64,000 nt of DNA. Source: a virus. Its lineage: Duplodnaviria; Caudoviricetes. Shown here one piece after another: positions 9,253 to 19,376 of the stretch. The position numbers and the translations under genes were made by a program. Below the pieces are notes generated by a model, which saw only the letters and a program-made list of their open reading frames with translations, had not been told where the DNA came from and made no database searches. The DNA is taken from IMG/VR virus record IMGVR_UViG_3300002514_008521, positions 24,449 through 88,448 of that record; one strand, given 5' to 3'. Within the stretch, counting starts at the first letter, position 1. Every line of letters starts with the position of its first letter.

Positions 9253-10763
9253 TCACCCAAAAGCTTCCGTTTCAATCTATGTTTTGTCATCTTTTCAATC
9301 TCTGCCCTGGTCTTTTTACCAAATTTATTTTCTATAAATGCTAGATAGTTAGGATCTTCATAATAATCATGAAATGCTTGATCTCTAAACCTAATAACAT
9401 CGGCTGCGGTTATTTTCTTTGTGTCTAGTGGTCTCATATCATAAGAGTGTTGTGAATAGCCAGAGTATGTCTGGGGTAATGACCAGCCATTTTTTATAGC
9501 ATCCAAGTAAAGTCGTGATCCAGGATATGCCATAGTGCAGTAAAAATTAACAAATTCGCAATTTAGATCCTTAGCTAACTCGTATGTCTCTTTCATAGAT
9601 GCTATATCATCTTCTGGTAGGCCAAAGATAAAGTTTCCAATGACATTAATGTTTGCGTCTTGTATCTTTTTGACAAGATCTTTTATCTTTACCTCCGTGA
9701 ATTTTCCCTTTACAACATCTTTTCGTACAACGGTGTTTCCTGACTCGATTCCTAGTGCTAACCAGTTTACACCGGCCTCTTTTAAGATGTCCAGGTATTC
9801 TTCTTTGACGGTATCTATCCTGGCGTATGCCCATATATTGAAATTATATTTTCTATCTATTATTTTCTTACAAAGCTCTAAGAAGTGTGATTTGTTCATT
9901 ACAAACATCTCATCTGCAATCTTTATATTTTTTATTCCCATGTCATGGAGCTTATCGAATTCTTTTATAATAAATTCAGGATCCCAAAATCTAAACTTAT
10001 TTCTACCATAGTTCCAGTTTTCTACATTATTATTACCAAAAGGTGCATTAATGCAGCAAAAGCTGCACTTAAATGGACAACCTAAACTAGTATAAAGGGA
10101 TGCAAAATTTTGTCTGTCATTATTATTCGACATTGCATGCCAATTGGACGTTCGGTATTTGTCCATGGGTAATAGATCCCATGCCATGCCGGGCAGCTCC
10201 GTTGCCAAGTCTTTCTGATTTATGATAGGTGCCGGGTGTGTACACTTAACAACACCATTATCATGATACCATAGTCCTGGTACCTTGCTAAGCTCATCAG
10301 GATCATTCAAGTCATGACATTCCAGTAGTCCACAAATTGTCTTTGGACCTTCTCCTTGGCACACAAAATCTGTGTCTTCTTCCTGAAGGGTTTTTCTAGA
10401 TAAAGCTGATGGGTGTAGGCCGAGTAGTAATGTTTTGGTCTCATTATCAATTTGTCTTAAAAGGCCTAGGGTCTCCCTTACGCCGGCCATATTTTGTGTT
10501 GAAGCAGAAGGTTGTTGACCATAAACCACAAAGACATTTAATTTAGCCTTCCGACTTGATATCTCTAGTGCACTTTGTTGGTATGTTAATCTTTCTGCCT
10601 CACAGTCTAATATTTGTGTACTATACCCTCGATTCCTGGTATGGTTGGCTAAAAGAGCTGCCCAAATAGGGGGCTCAATTGCAGACAAATCTTTACTGAG
10701 TTCCTGATAGATTTTTCCCGAAGCGTTGGGATGAATAAAAAGTACGTCTAACATATTAATCAC
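9249..10763 (-). CDS. Cobalamin-binding radical SAM protein (class B methyltransferase-like)
   Basis: N-terminal B12-binding-like domain, TSLGCPFKCSFC (CxxxCxxC), LGIESG, FIFGLP, YPGS. Confidence 0.9.
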   Translation of the reverse strand: MINMLDVLFIHPNASGKIYQELSKDLSAIEPPIWAALLANHTRNRGYSTQILDCEAERLTYQQSALEISSRKAKLNVFVVYGQQPSASTQNMAGVRETLGLLRQIDNETKTLLLGLHPSALSRKTLQEEDTDFVCQGEGPKTICGLLECHDLNDPDELSKVPGLWYHDNGVVKCTHPAPIINQKDLATELPGMAWDLLPMDKYRTSNWHAMSNNNDRQNFASLYTSLGCPFKCSFCCINAPFGNNNVENWNYGRNKFRFWDPEFIIKEFDKLHDMGIKNIKIADEMFVMNKSHFLELCKKIIDRKYNFNIWAYARIDTVKEEYLDILKEAGVNWLALGIESGNTVVRKDVVKGKFTEVKIKDLVKKIQDANINVIGNFIFGLPEDDIASMKETYELAKDLNCEFVNFYCTMAYPGSRLYLDAIKNGWSLPQTYSGYSQHSYDMRPLDTKKITAADVIRFRDQAFHDYYEDPNYLAFIENKFGKKTRAEIEKMTKHRLKRKLLGD

Positions 10764-10764
10764 A

Positions 10765-11781
10765 TTACCTGGTTAAAAACGCGCCGTGCTTTTTAACCCT
10801 CTCCCTCCAATAGCTCAATAAGTCATCCATTGTTTTCTCGAATGCTATTTGCGGTTCCCAACCTGTATGGTTTGAAAACTTTGTGGTATCCGGTACTTGT
10901 AAGTTTGCATCAATAGGACGCATTCTTTCTGGATCCTGGATAATTTCAATATTTTTTACGCTTGATTTTGACACCAAGTACTCAAGCATTTCGCCTATCG
11001 TACATGTATGTGTTCCACCGATATTATAATATTCGCCTGCAGTAGGATTAATCGTCACCAGCATATGGTATGCCCTGACAGCATCTCTTACATCTGCCCA
11101 TGTTCTTAGTGAATTTAAGTTGCCTACTTTTATTTGGGGATTTATAAACTTATTTTCTATCATGGCTATCTGCTTTGCAAAAGTTGACTCTGCAAATACA
11201 TCACCTCTTCTTGGGCCGGTGTGCGTAAACATTCTAGTTGTCATTACACACATATCATATGCTTCAGCATAATATCGACCAAGCAAGTCAGTCCCAACCT
11301 TTGATATTGCATAAGGGGATGCGGGGTGAAAGGGCGCATCTTCATTTATAGGTAAGAACTCCTGTGGTACTTTCCCAAATACTTCTGATGATGCGCAGAC
11401 ATGCACCACAGGCCGAGTGTCACTTAATCTTGCTGCTTCTAATAACTTTGCGGTGCCCAATATATTGGTATTAAGTGTATCTATCGGTGCTACGAAACTA
11501 GTCTGTGGGTATGATTGCGCGGCTAGATGAAAAATAAAATCAGGGGGATGTTCCTTAATACATTTTTCTATAGATGACTGGTCATTGAGATCACCAAAAA
11601 AAAGACAAATCCTATCCTTATTATTGATCCTAGAAAATAAATGACCTATGTTATCTAAGGAATCATTCCACCTAAGAAACCCCACAATATTCCAGTCAGT
11701 ATTTTGTAATAAAAAGTCACTTAAATGTGAGCCCACCATTCCTGCAATGCCTGTGATAAGCGCTGTTTTATTTTTTTTCAT
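10765..11781 (-). CDS. NAD-dependent epimerase/dehydratase (Gmd/Rmd-like SDR)
   Basis: ITGIAGMVGSHL, FHLAAQSYP, SSEVFG, SPYAISK (YxxxK), GNLNSLRTWADVRD. Confidence 0.9.
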   Translation of the reverse strand: MKKNKTALITGIAGMVGSHLSDFLLQNTDWNIVGFLRWNDSLDNIGHLFSRINNKDRICLFFGDLNDQSSIEKCIKEHPPDFIFHLAAQSYPQTSFVAPIDTLNTNILGTAKLLEAARLSDTRPVVHVCASSEVFGKVPQEFLPINEDAPFHPASPYAISKVGTDLLGRYYAEAYDMCVMTTRMFTHTGPRRGDVFAESTFAKQIAMIENKFINPQIKVGNLNSLRTWADVRDAVRAYHMLVTINPTAGEYYNIGGTHTCTIGEMLEYLVSKSSVKNIEIIQDPERMRPIDANLQVPDTTKFSNHTGWEPQIAFEKTMDDLLSYWRERVKKHGAFLTR

Positions 11782-12668
11782 TGTGGCACATTTATCCTAT
11801 CAAACATGTCATCAGTTCCTAACGGGCGATGACGCAGATGTGTATATCTTGAATGTATTTCGTCCAGATCACAAACTGTAAAAAGAATATAATCAGGATC
11901 AGACAAAGTGTTTTTATTTATTTGTTCAATATACTCGGCACGACTATCATTATGAAACCATATGGACGGTGGAATTGCCTTGTATAGTCTCTTGAGACCT
12001 AGATCTTTTGACTTGTTGATGAAATTATTTATTGTTGCATGAGGATCGTCTTCATCTCCTAACACAAATTTGCCAAGTTGTTCATAAATACTACGATGGC
12101 ACAAGTATGTCGGATCCCATTTTGTATTATGTACTGGAAAGTATAAAATGTTTTCTATTTCTTGGTATTGAGAATAACTGTTGTTGTCTTTAAAGTACTT
12201 GTAGTTTTGCATGGCAGTAAAGTTTATCATGTTTGATTCTTTACCTACGGTATCCAATAAAGTAATGTAGTCTTGGATTACATTTCCTTTGCACACGAAC
12301 TGATTGTCCTCAGCTAAGAACACAAAATATTCACCTGCTGCTTTTTTGCTAGCGGCTTCCAAAGATGACATGTAGCATACATACCATGGTACATCATCAG
12401 AAAAATCAAGAAATAAGCATGTCTTATCTATATTGGTTTTTGAGCTTTTTATAATTGATGTTGTCGTTCCATCAAAGTTTACAAAGTTTTTGCCAAAATC
12501 AATTCTTGAAAACCAGTCCCTTACGTCTTTGTTACCGGCAGACTCTACTAGAATTAACTCTACATCGGGATATTCATTACATACTAAAAAAGATTTGATT
12601 AAATTTTGAAGAAGTGGAATAAATTCTACCTTTCCGTTATGAAATGCTATAGAAACCTTACATGTCAT
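11778..12668 (-). CDS. Hypothetical protein, possible GT-A-fold glycosyltransferase
   Basis: ELILVESAG and YFVFLAEDNQF resemble GT2 strands and the DxD region; context. Confidence 0.45.
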   Translation of the reverse strand: MTCKVSIAFHNGKVEFIPLLQNLIKSFLVCNEYPDVELILVESAGNKDVRDWFSRIDFGKNFVNFDGTTTSIIKSSKTNIDKTCLFLDFSDDVPWYVCYMSSLEAASKKAAGEYFVFLAEDNQFVCKGNVIQDYITLLDTVGKESNMINFTAMQNYKYFKDNNSYSQYQEIENILYFPVHNTKWDPTYLCHRSIYEQLGKFVLGDEDDPHATINNFINKSKDLGLKRLYKAIPPSIWFHNDSRAEYIEQINKNTLSDPDYILFTVCDLDEIHSRYTHLRHRPLGTDDMFDRINVPQ

Positions 12669-13458
12669 TTTTGTATTTTTTTACCTCATCATAATTAACA
12701 ACTGCAACACCAAACTTATTAACTACAATTGCCGCGCAATAGTTTGCAAAGGGTATTGATTTTTCGATGCTTTTTGTGTCTAAGTACATTTTAACCAATG
12801 CAGCTAAAAATGTATCACCTGCACCGCATACATCCCTATTTTCAGCTCTCTCATCTGCTTGGACTTCATGGGGTGAAAAAATAGTTCCATTGTATGATGC
12901 CCCACACTTTCCTAATGTTGTTATTAACTGAAAATTTTGGGGGAAATCAACCACTTTTTTATTTTCAAATGTATTGATTTTGATTATGCAACTTTCAAAA
13001 CATTGTAGATCTTCTTTTTTAGAATCAACGAAGACAGGCTTTTGATGCTCTACAAATCTCTTACATAACACAGATGCATCTGCGTTCTTGATAAAGCCTT
13101 TATCATAATCAGATATTACACATGCATCGTATTCTTTAATATCAATCTTATTGATCTCCTCAATAGACATATGTTTAATTTCATGAGGTTCGTTATCTAG
13201 TCTTAGTAAGTGATGCATATGTTGAGATGACACTATACGCGTTTTTGTTATTTCTTCTTGGTGCGTAATTATATCAACATTTAATCCTAGTGATGTCATA
13301 TTTTTAAGGACATTACTAGCCATACCCGGTCGAGATTCTCGATAATCCTCAACAAAAATTGGTACAGGCGCTTCTGGACTTAGCCTTGAGCACTCGCCAA
13401 AAACATACACATCAGTACAACTATCACCTACTAATAAGATTTTATGTTTTTTATCCAT
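12658..13458 (-). CDS. hldE: Heptose-7-phosphate kinase (HldE/RfaE kinase domain, PfkB family)
   Basis: GDSCTDVY, RLSPEAPVP, PGMASNV, ISDYDKG, DVCGAGDTFLAA. Confidence 0.9.
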   Translation of the reverse strand: MDKKHKILLVGDSCTDVYVFGECSRLSPEAPVPIFVEDYRESRPGMASNVLKNMTSLGLNVDIITHQEEITKTRIVSSQHMHHLLRLDNEPHEIKHMSIEEINKIDIKEYDACVISDYDKGFIKNADASVLCKRFVEHQKPVFVDSKKEDLQCFESCIIKINTFENKKVVDFPQNFQLITTLGKCGASYNGTIFSPHEVQADERAENRDVCGAGDTFLAALVKMYLDTKSIEKSIPFANYCAAIVVNKFGVAVVNYDEVKKYKNDM

Positions 13459-13475
13459 CAGTCGCCTATCATATG

Positions 13476-14354
13476 TTATGATTTTTTAAAAGTATCCATA
13501 AAATCTATCTTGAAACCCGGCGTCTTTAGCATCATTCCCCCAGGTACGTATGAATCGTCTACTGTCTTCCATGACATTTTCATAGAATTATTTTCTAACA
13601 CTATTTTTACCCACCTACCTTCACAAATATTATGATCTAAAAATAACCCTTCTAAATTAAAGATATTATGTTGGTGAGTAGTCATTGTGACTGGTTCTAG
13701 ATCCTTCTCATAGGTTTTATTCCCAGTATGATAATTGCTATATACGCTAAATAAAGCACCCTCGTTAGCTAATTCATTAACTGCAGCGCCTAACATGCCT
13801 TCAAAAGATATTCCAGCGCGCAAATAAGTATCTTTATTGAAGTCAAGCTTTTTATGTAGTGCCATTGCAGCAGATGATGAAATATATAACGGACCAGGTG
13901 CTACATATCCGGATGGCAACTTTCCACTAAAGGTGGGAATATATCTTACGCACGCTCCAGCATCAGGTATATTGAAGTAGGGTTGCAGGAATTTTTTACT
14001 ATCAACTGGATATATGTCACACTCAGTGTATATAAAGTTGTCTATCTCATCATTATTTGACATGATAGACATAATAGAACTAATTGCCTCTAGAGGTTGC
14101 TTTCTTTTTGCTTCCTGCTTGTGTCCGTTACTGACATTAATACCTTCCTTACAATTTTCATCACAGATAGGATAGAAAAAGTCGATTAGTGTATGATCAA
14201 TCTGATCGTGATACTCTTTTAAAGTATCAGTGCTTAAATTACAGAATACATGAGTAATAAAATTTTGATCAAAGTTATTCTTGAGTATATCAAGGTATAA
14301 ATTCAAACACTCAAAACGATAACTAACTAAAATGGCAACATGTATTTTATTCAT
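13476..14354 (-). CDS. Hypothetical protein, possible GT-A-fold
   Basis: Start moved to ATG 14354 (MNKIHVAIL), overlapping the upstream stop; FIYTECDIYP. Confidence 0.4.
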   Translation of the reverse strand: MNKIHVAILVSYRFECLNLYLDILKNNFDQNFITHVFCNLSTDTLKEYHDQIDHTLIDFFYPICDENCKEGINVSNGHKQEAKRKQPLEAISSIMSIMSNNDEIDNFIYTECDIYPVDSKKFLQPYFNIPDAGACVRYIPTFSGKLPSGYVAPGPLYISSSAAMALHKKLDFNKDTYLRAGISFEGMLGAAVNELANEGALFSVYSNYHTGNKTYEKDLEPVTMTTHQHNIFNLEGLFLDHNICEGRWVKIVLENNSMKMSWKTVDDSYVPGGMMLKTPGFKIDFMDTFKKS

Positions 14355-15021
14355 TACAAATAAACTCCACTTTTTTAAAAAGAAGCCTTCCATGTGTATC
14401 TTCAATAAACGCGTTTGGGTAAGGTTCTTCGCGGCACCTAATAAAGTCATATAACTCTACAGTGGTCATGGAAGATATCTTATCCCCTGTAAGGCTACTA
14501 TCTGATGGTTTTAGTCTTTTTCTTAAAATTCTATCACCGGTTTGCTTGAAGAACTTTAAGTCCGGATAATCTTTCATTAATTTTTTCATTATCTCTATAC
14601 TTGAAAGTGTTAAGCTATTAAATATTTCATTGATTCCACCTGATAGGTTCAAATCTTCCTTATACAGGAAATCACCTTCGTCTATTTTTTCGTCTAACTT
14701 AAATAGAGTCATTTTTGTTGAAGTTACACCATCTAAAATCTGATTTTGAATAGGAGATCCACCTGAATAGCTTGGAAGGTCAGAGGGATGTAAGCCCACA
14801 AATAGGTTGCTTGAAAGATCACCTCTTTTTATAATCCAGCTCCACCCGGCCAGAATTATGATTCCTACATTTTTTATCTGAAGTAGATCATCAAGCTGTG
14901 CAGGGGTTTTTGCAAGATGCCATGTATAGGTGTCATACTCTGTCTCTAAGAACTCGAATATCTTTAATGCCCACCCCCGGTATCCTGCGAATATTATGGA
15001 GTTACTATTATTCATTTCCAA
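14347..15021 (-). CDS. Formyltransferase-like protein (paralog of 489..1163)
   Basis: GLHPSDLPSYSGGSPIQNQI, IDEGD, YDFIRCREEPYPNAF. Confidence 0.8.
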   Translation of the reverse strand: MEMNNSNSIIFAGYRGWALKIFEFLETEYDTYTWHLAKTPAQLDDLLQIKNVGIIILAGWSWIIKRGDLSSNLFVGLHPSDLPSYSGGSPIQNQILDGVTSTKMTLFKLDEKIDEGDFLYKEDLNLSGGINEIFNSLTLSSIEIMKKLMKDYPDLKFFKQTGDRILRKRLKPSDSSLTGDKISSMTTVELYDFIRCREEPYPNAFIEDTHGRLLFKKVEFICNE

Positions 15022-15695
15022 TCCTCAAATGGATTATTTTCATACCACCAGTGATTGTGAGTTAACATGTATATAGACTTATGGGTCAGTATAACATCTT
15101 CAGGCCTGTCTTTTCTCCAGCATAGATGTGGGTTGAACCCTTCATTAACATATACACAATTTTTTAAAATCGATTCATTATACGCCTGGTACTTAAAGCC
15201 CATCTCCTGTATTTCTTTCCAATTATTCTCTATAAGAGGAAGAGAGTTATACGCATAGTTAAGATCACGATGAGGGGCAACACCTTTAATATCAAAAAAA
15301 CTACTTAAAATATCATACTCTAGTTTGAGTACTTTCATTGCATCTAGATCATTTATTTCTGAATATTCGACACAACTTGTGTGTAATCCTATTTCGAAAT
15401 TATTATTTTTTGCAAAGCTCATAAGCTCCATCATTGGATAGGACAAGACGTTATATTCATTTGCGGTGACCCTAATAAAAATACTTGATCTAATATCACG
15501 CGAAAGCTCCGCCATTAGCATTTTTTTCATGGTCTGAGGTTTTATGTCCAAATCATGACGCATGATAAAATATTTCTCTTTGGGACATCCTAAATCTATA
15601 AACTCGTTTAAAGTAACGAACTTGTATCCGTTTTCATGAGCTAGATCAATAATATCTAGATAATAATTTATAGAGAAAGGGTTGTTGCTTTTCAT
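15012..15695 (-). CDS. Polysaccharide deacetylase-like (NodB/CE4 fold)
   Basis: MRHDLD, EIGLH, APHR, LTHNHWW motifs. Confidence 0.65.
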   Translation of the reverse strand: MKSNNPFSINYYLDIIDLAHENGYKFVTLNEFIDLGCPKEKYFIMRHDLDIKPQTMKKMLMAELSRDIRSSIFIRVTANEYNVLSYPMMELMSFAKNNNFEIGLHTSCVEYSEINDLDAMKVLKLEYDILSSFFDIKGVAPHRDLNYAYNSLPLIENNWKEIQEMGFKYQAYNESILKNCVYVNEGFNPHLCWRKDRPEDVILTHKSIYMLTHNHWWYENNPFEDWK

Positions 15696-15696
15696 A

Positions 15697-16446
15697 TTAG
15701 TTGCGCCTCAATATTCCGTCATCATACTCATCCATCTTCACATATACTTTCTTACCATCTATCATTAGATAGGGGGCCGGTGCATTATTAAACATCATAG
15801 ATTTTATGTACCTGCCAAGAAGTACGGTATCACCTAACATATGCGTGGGAATTTCATGATCTAGATCATTTTTTTTGAAGTAAACAAAATCTGGATCGTG
15901 GGTTAACCCATTGGATTTAATATTTCTTGTGATAATATTACGAAAATTTTTCTTAATTAAATTAAGACCGACATGGTTTGACTTATAGAATAACGACTCT
16001 GACGTGTCGTCGGAATCTATTTTACATGATGCCGTATCAATAATTTTGCCTTCATCAAGTTTTTCATCTATAAAATGAAGTGTTGAACCGTGATATTCTT
16101 CACCAGCTCTTATTGCGTGTGTGGACATATGTCGGCCGCGGTATTTTAGTCGAAAAGAATGATGTACATTGACTATTCCCATCGTAACTGCCTCTATTTG
16201 TTCTCTAGAAATTAATTTCCAGTAGCCTAGAGAAAAAATAATATCAGAACTATCTACAACACTTTGAAGGCTATCGGAAGTAGCTAATGTGCTATTTTTA
16301 AAGTTATTATCCCACCATTCATTATCATTAGTATGAAAAAATGAAATATCAAAGTAATTTTTTTTTGATTCTTCTATTATGTAGTCTATGTAGGGAATAA
16401 AGTAGTCTTTTGCATTGACTAGTATTCCACATCTGGGAAATTTCAT
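15697..16446 (-). CDS. Sugar N-formyltransferase (Fmt/WbkC-like)
   Basis: SLGYWKLI, VNVHHSFRLKYRG, GSTLHFIDEKLDEGKII. Confidence 0.85.
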   Translation of the reverse strand: MKFPRCGILVNAKDYFIPYIDYIIEESKKNYFDISFFHTNDNEWWDNNFKNSTLATSDSLQSVVDSSDIIFSLGYWKLISREQIEAVTMGIVNVHHSFRLKYRGRHMSTHAIRAGEEYHGSTLHFIDEKLDEGKIIDTASCKIDSDDTSESLFYKSNHVGLNLIKKNFRNIITRNIKSNGLTHDPDFVYFKKNDLDHEIPTHMLGDTVLLGRYIKSMMFNNAPAPYLMIDGKKVYVKMDEYDDGILRRN

Positions 16447-16449
16447 TTA

Positions 16450-17586
16450 TTAGTATTCCTTGCATAGACGTGTTACATGCCCAGCTATCTCCATGATATT
16501 TTCACTATCTAGCCACCAGCCGCAAGGTAAAGATAACTGTGTTTTTGAAAATCTCTCCGTATTTGGAAGTTCAGATAAACTGTCCTTAAAACATGTATAT
16601 GGATGATTGGGTACATGTACAAGGCCGGCGTTGATTCCTAGATCATTTAAAGACTTTGCCAAGCTGTCTCTATCTATTTTAGAATCTAATACAATCGTAT
16701 ACACCCAACTAGAGGATAAAGAATGAGGCTCAACATTAATTGGACAAATTGATGATACAGTGGAAAATAATCTTGAATATAACTCCGCATTCTCTATATG
16801 CTTTGATACCAATTCTTCATAAGATCCTAAATTGCTTAGACCAATTGCAGCTGAAATGTTATTCATATGAAACTTATGTCCTGCTTCAATGATATCAACT
16901 TCCCAACGTTGCCCTTTCCACTCACCCTTGAGATCTTTTGCCTTATTGCGGTCTATCCCAAACCATTTCATTGCACGGGCCCTGACAAAGTCATCCTTAT
17001 TTTTGCACACTAGGGCGCCACCATCACCGCATGTTATATGCTTGATCGCCTGAAAACTGTAACAGGTGAAGTCGGCGTGGTGACATACGTGATCTCCCTT
17101 GTACTTTGATCCAAAGCCATGGGCACTATCTTGGATAAGTTTTGCATTATTTTTATCACATATAGCCTGCAATTCATCTAGCATACATGGATTTCCTGCC
17201 CAATTTACACATATTACCGCTTTTGTCTTTTCGGTTATTACATCCTTCACACTTTCAGGATCAATATTTCCTGTTGCAGGATCTATATCGGCCCATATTA
17301 CATTCGCACCAATAAAAGATATTGGCGTATTTGTCGCGACACATGTCATTGATGTAGTTACAACATCATCACCTGGACCAACACCAGCTAGCCTTAGGGC
17401 CATTGATATCGCACTAGTGCATGAATTTGTAGGTAATACCATGGTATGCGAAAGAATGTCACACAACCTATCCCTGAATTCACTTACAACGGTTCCTTCA
17501 TTAAGATAACCTGAATTAAATACATCACGAAGACGGGACAAAACATCCTCAGTATCTATTTTAACTTTAAATAAGGGGTACTTCAT
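16450..17586 (-). CDS. PLP-dependent sugar aminotransferase, DegT/DnrJ family (PseC/PerA-like)
   Basis: NSCTSAI, DSAHGFG, SFQAIKHITCGDGG with catalytic Lys. Confidence 0.92.
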   Translation of the reverse strand: MKYPLFKVKIDTEDVLSRLRDVFNSGYLNEGTVVSEFRDRLCDILSHTMVLPTNSCTSAISMALRLAGVGPGDDVVTTSMTCVATNTPISFIGANVIWADIDPATGNIDPESVKDVITEKTKAVICVNWAGNPCMLDELQAICDKNNAKLIQDSAHGFGSKYKGDHVCHHADFTCYSFQAIKHITCGDGGALVCKNKDDFVRARAMKWFGIDRNKAKDLKGEWKGQRWEVDIIEAGHKFHMNNISAAIGLSNLGSYEELVSKHIENAELYSRLFSTVSSICPINVEPHSLSSSWVYTIVLDSKIDRDSLAKSLNDLGINAGLVHVPNHPYTCFKDSLSELPNTERFSKTQLSLPCGWWLDSENIMEIAGHVTRLCKEY

Positions 17587-17591
17587 TATTA

Positions 17592-18431
17592 CTAATCTAT
17601 TCCTAACGTGTCGTTATATGCTCTTTTTCCTGGTATAAATTTCCAGCCCTGCCTTATAACCTGATGTGTTTCTAGCATATTATCGGGAATATTACACCCT
17701 ACAATATTTTCTTTGGATGGTAGCTGGTATCTTCTTACTGTTGATCCTCTTTTAAATTTTAAGATGTAGTTAAAGAATTCAGGATTACTTCCAACACCCT
17801 CGGAGCATCCTATACCTATGCTGTCGGCACCCCATAAATTTAAAATATTATACAACACAATTGTACATCCGGAGTCGCCACACTGGTCTTGATCATGGCC
17901 AGGAATTGTAACAAACGGATTCTTCTTAAATAACTTATCACTTACCTTACAACAAAAACACATAGAGTCAAAACTCTTATAGTACCCTAGCCTATTATTA
18001 GAAGAGTCGACATGAGCAGGATTAGGTAGTTCATGGTATGCACCACCGAAGCTTACAAGATCAAAATTTTTATTATTTTCCGCATACTCTATCATGTATG
18101 CCGGCCAATCTGGTTCAGCAGACAAAATATCATCATGACAAAAAATTATATAGTCATACTCATCGCGCAGTTTTTCTTTTTGTAGATAATCAACAAAGAA
18201 ATTATAACAACCCCAATCACAACCATTATTATCACGATAGTGAATATTACCCTTAAAGGCACTTTTTACAGCCTCAGGAACATTACTTTCCGGTTGCCAC
18301 GAAACAATATGAGGAACAAAGTTCTTATTTTGTGAGCAAAATGTATATAACCACTCATAAAATTTTGAACCCCCGGTCCAGTTAAAATAGTACCCACCGG
18401 TAGTTACAATTGCGACTTTCTTTTCTGTCAT
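17592..18431 (-). CDS. Putative glycosyltransferase (RgpF/GT-A-like)
   Basis: RDNNGCDWGCY and YIIFCHDD motifs. Confidence 0.5.
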   Translation of the reverse strand: MTEKKVAIVTTGGYYFNWTGGSKFYEWLYTFCSQNKNFVPHIVSWQPESNVPEAVKSAFKGNIHYRDNNGCDWGCYNFFVDYLQKEKLRDEYDYIIFCHDDILSAEPDWPAYMIEYAENNKNFDLVSFGGAYHELPNPAHVDSSNNRLGYYKSFDSMCFCCKVSDKLFKKNPFVTIPGHDQDQCGDSGCTIVLYNILNLWGADSIGIGCSEGVGSNPEFFNYILKFKRGSTVRRYQLPSKENIVGCNIPDNMLETHQVIRQGWKFIPGKRAYNDTLGID

Positions 18432-18476
18432 TATACCATCTCACACATATTATTCAAATATATGTAGAAACAGTAC

Positions 18477-19376
18477 TTAGTATATAATTTTGGTGATGTA
18501 TTGTTCTATGCAATGCTCCCATGTATGCGGAGCAAAAGAGTTTTTTATAAACTTGTGCCTATCCAATAGTCTAAACAGATCATCATTACTATCAAACGTA
18601 TGATCACTTCCTACAAATTCAACTGCGCCGCCACCGGATGAATGAACGTATGTCGGAATCTCGCATGCGAGACTTTCTAATATATGATTTGGGCCAGGAT
18701 CAAACTTTGTGCCACTAATGTACACGTCATATCTTGATAGTTCGTTCCCTAATTTAGCTCCAGATAGAGGGGGAATGACTTTTGTATTCTTAAATGTCCC
18801 ATTTTCTCTACCGATGTAGGTAAAAGTATAACGACTATCGGTTGATACAAACTCATCTAACCAATTGTACACATCAAATCCCTTGAGCCAATTATTTGAC
18901 CAGTGATGAGTGACTAGATTAATTTTGCCGTTACAAATCTTTTTTTTATCTTCAACATGAAAAAAGTGATCTTTATCAACTCCATTGTACACCACATCAG
19001 TGATGTCACAATGCCACCCTTTTTTACAGTGATAGTCTTTCATCCAATTAGACACAAATACTGTTAAGTCTGTATATTTGCTACACTCACTTAATAATGC
19101 ATCTATATCGCTAGTGTTCTTTCTTGCATCACACTCGTTAACTCTATGGATGATTTTTGTTGATGGATTTGAGTTTTTATATGCGATTATTTCGTTTATT
19201 GATATTCCTAAATCGGAGTACCTGGGATCTTGCATAAAGATAATATCAATATCATTACACAACTGATGTGTAACTTCATGACCATCTCTAACCAGGCCTT
19301 CACATAAGGCCTTAACGAATAAATTCCCTCCACCCCATGGACCATCAACTGGCTTTCTGTTTATGAGAATTTTCAT
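18477..19376 (-). CDS. GT4-family glycosyltransferase
   Basis: GPWGGG, VVYNGVD, KGFD, DPGPNHILESLACEIP. Confidence 0.85.
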   Translation of the reverse strand: MKILINRKPVDGPWGGGNLFVKALCEGLVRDGHEVTHQLCNDIDIIFMQDPRYSDLGISINEIIAYKNSNPSTKIIHRVNECDARKNTSDIDALLSECSKYTDLTVFVSNWMKDYHCKKGWHCDITDVVYNGVDKDHFFHVEDKKKICNGKINLVTHHWSNNWLKGFDVYNWLDEFVSTDSRYTFTYIGRENGTFKNTKVIPPLSGAKLGNELSRYDVYISGTKFDPGPNHILESLACEIPTYVHSSGGGAVEFVGSDHTFDSNDDLFRLLDRHKFIKNSFAPHTWEHCIEQYITKIIY

